Assembly: GCF_001194135.2 (NCBI RefSeq) | Contig: NC_068989.1 | Coordinates: 7,411,516-7,475,515, forward strand | Source of the DNA: Octopus bimaculoides | Lineage: Eukaryota | DNA length: 64,000 bases | Reading direction: 5' to 3' | Shown: piece by piece, positions 62,722-64,000 of the stretch | How positions within the stretch are numbered: the stretch's first letter is position 1 | Layout: each line of letters starts with the position of its first letter | The notes under the pieces: generated by a model | Databases searched by the model: none | The model's input: the letters and a program-made list of their open reading frames with translations, nothing else | Told to the model about the DNA's origin: nothing | Translations under genes and position numbers: made by a program

Positions 62722-64000
62722 CGTTGTCTAATTATAAACAAGTATTTTTCTTCGTTTTTCTTTAAAGAATGTATATATGAGGGTAAGTAACTCTATTTTC
62801 CTATGTAAAGAGTCACGCCCCTTTTACAACCTGTTTGCGTTTAGCCTCTCTTATCGCTTTAGATAGATGTATTCCAGTTGTAATTTAATCTCAGTTCAAC
62901 AATAAAATCAGAGGCATTCCAGCCGTGATCATCTCATCTTTTTGTTAGCACAACTACAGCTTTGTGCTCCCACGATTTTATTTCCTCGTAACTTTTTGAA
63001 AAAGTATATTTTTTGAAGGAAATTTTGGAGTTGTGTCTGGAGAGAGTCATTCTCTTTTAGTGTCTCATAATTTAACACACGCACCGGTAAAATTTCCACT
63101 CATATATTTATTCATTTTTCTAAAATTTTCGTTGCGTCTTGCAAGAAAAATAAACATCATCTAAAGCCCGTCAATTGCTTAATGGTCCATAACTAAATTA
63201 AATTTAAATTAAATTCATTTGAAAATGGTTCAAAACCCACCGAGAACACATCAAGGGCCCATTTGTGGATCACGGCCCACAGCTTGCTGTCGACCATTGA
63301 GTTCGATGTTTTAGTTATTCTATCAGAGGAATATGAACGTATGTATGTATGTACGTGTGTTCTCTTTCTCTTTTTAATTTAGAATAAATTCTGACCGGCC
63401 ACCCACTTAGTCGCAAGGTTGTGAAGGAAAGCATCGTAGTTCAACCATCATCCTTTAAATCTTCTGAGGTTAATGCGAGTCATGGAATGCGTTTCGATTG
63501 CTAATATCTGGACTTTGATCGCAGAGCCTACACACGATTGCAGTGCCAATGAAACTGACGGGTTTCCCTTGGACCAAGATTCATAACAGTGTAATTCGTT
63601 CGGCGAAGTGAGAAGAAATTCAAAGACAAAGTGTTTTCTTTTATGCCTTGCCTTTCGTTCCCCACTACCACCCTCCCTTCCAAAGATTGTGCCATTGCCG
63701 CTCTTTTCAGGATTTCAGGATTTCACCATGACTGACAGGGTGGCTAACGAGTGCTATACCTTGCCAAAGGGCAACCTGCGATTTTGTCCGGGACTGCCTT
63801 TTGAATATTCACAGCTAACCTAAATATCTTCAGGCCATTCCCATCTCCGCAAACTGAGGGCCCGATGGATGGGAGTTTTCATCACCATACCACAAAGCTG
63901 GACGCTCGGAATCCAGGCCAGATGGAACTTACACCTGAGTGTTAAGAGTAGTGTTAAACATATCTTGGAGAATTCATCCTACTAAGAAATATTTGTATGG

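Noticed and set aside
63608-63823. ORF upstream of DHFR, considered as a head-to-head partner such as MSH3 in vertebrates
   Set aside because: It has no recognisable similarity to MSH3 or any domain I know. It is short and has no supported splice structure.

Overview
This is a gapped draft-assembly window from an AT-rich eukaryotic genome, most likely an octopus or other coleoid cephalopod. That assignment is inferred from the squid-type DFPase gene and the SINE/microsatellite landscape. I reconstructed five protein-coding genes by hand from GT-AG splice sites and reading phase. (1) A BTB-BACK-Kelch (KLHL-type) gene on +, 2520-7023. (2) An intact, intronless CPSF2 on -, 12235-14565. (3) DSCC1/DCC1 on +, 12 coding exons, 15578-26641, head-to-head with CPSF2. 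(4) A five-exon squid-type diisopropyl-fluorophosphatase (DFPase) on -, 29968-48896, retaining the catalytic and Ca-binding residues. (5) DHFR on -, 54481-62562, with five exons visible and exon 3 almost certainly in an N-gap. The rest is tRNA-derived SINEs, (ATG)n-tailed elements with a 66-bp minisatellite, TTAA-flanked MITEs, LINE remnants and microsatellites. The most notable observations are the DFPase orthologue, a decayed second copy of its exon 2 with a strong third-position substitution bias, the intronless CPSF2, an exact 78-bp CPSF2 fragment pasted between two SINE ends, and a 97-bp near-perfect palindromic insertion in DHFR intron 1. I found no rRNA, genuine tRNA or CRISPR features. 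Most short ORFs in the track are repeat- or gap-derived.
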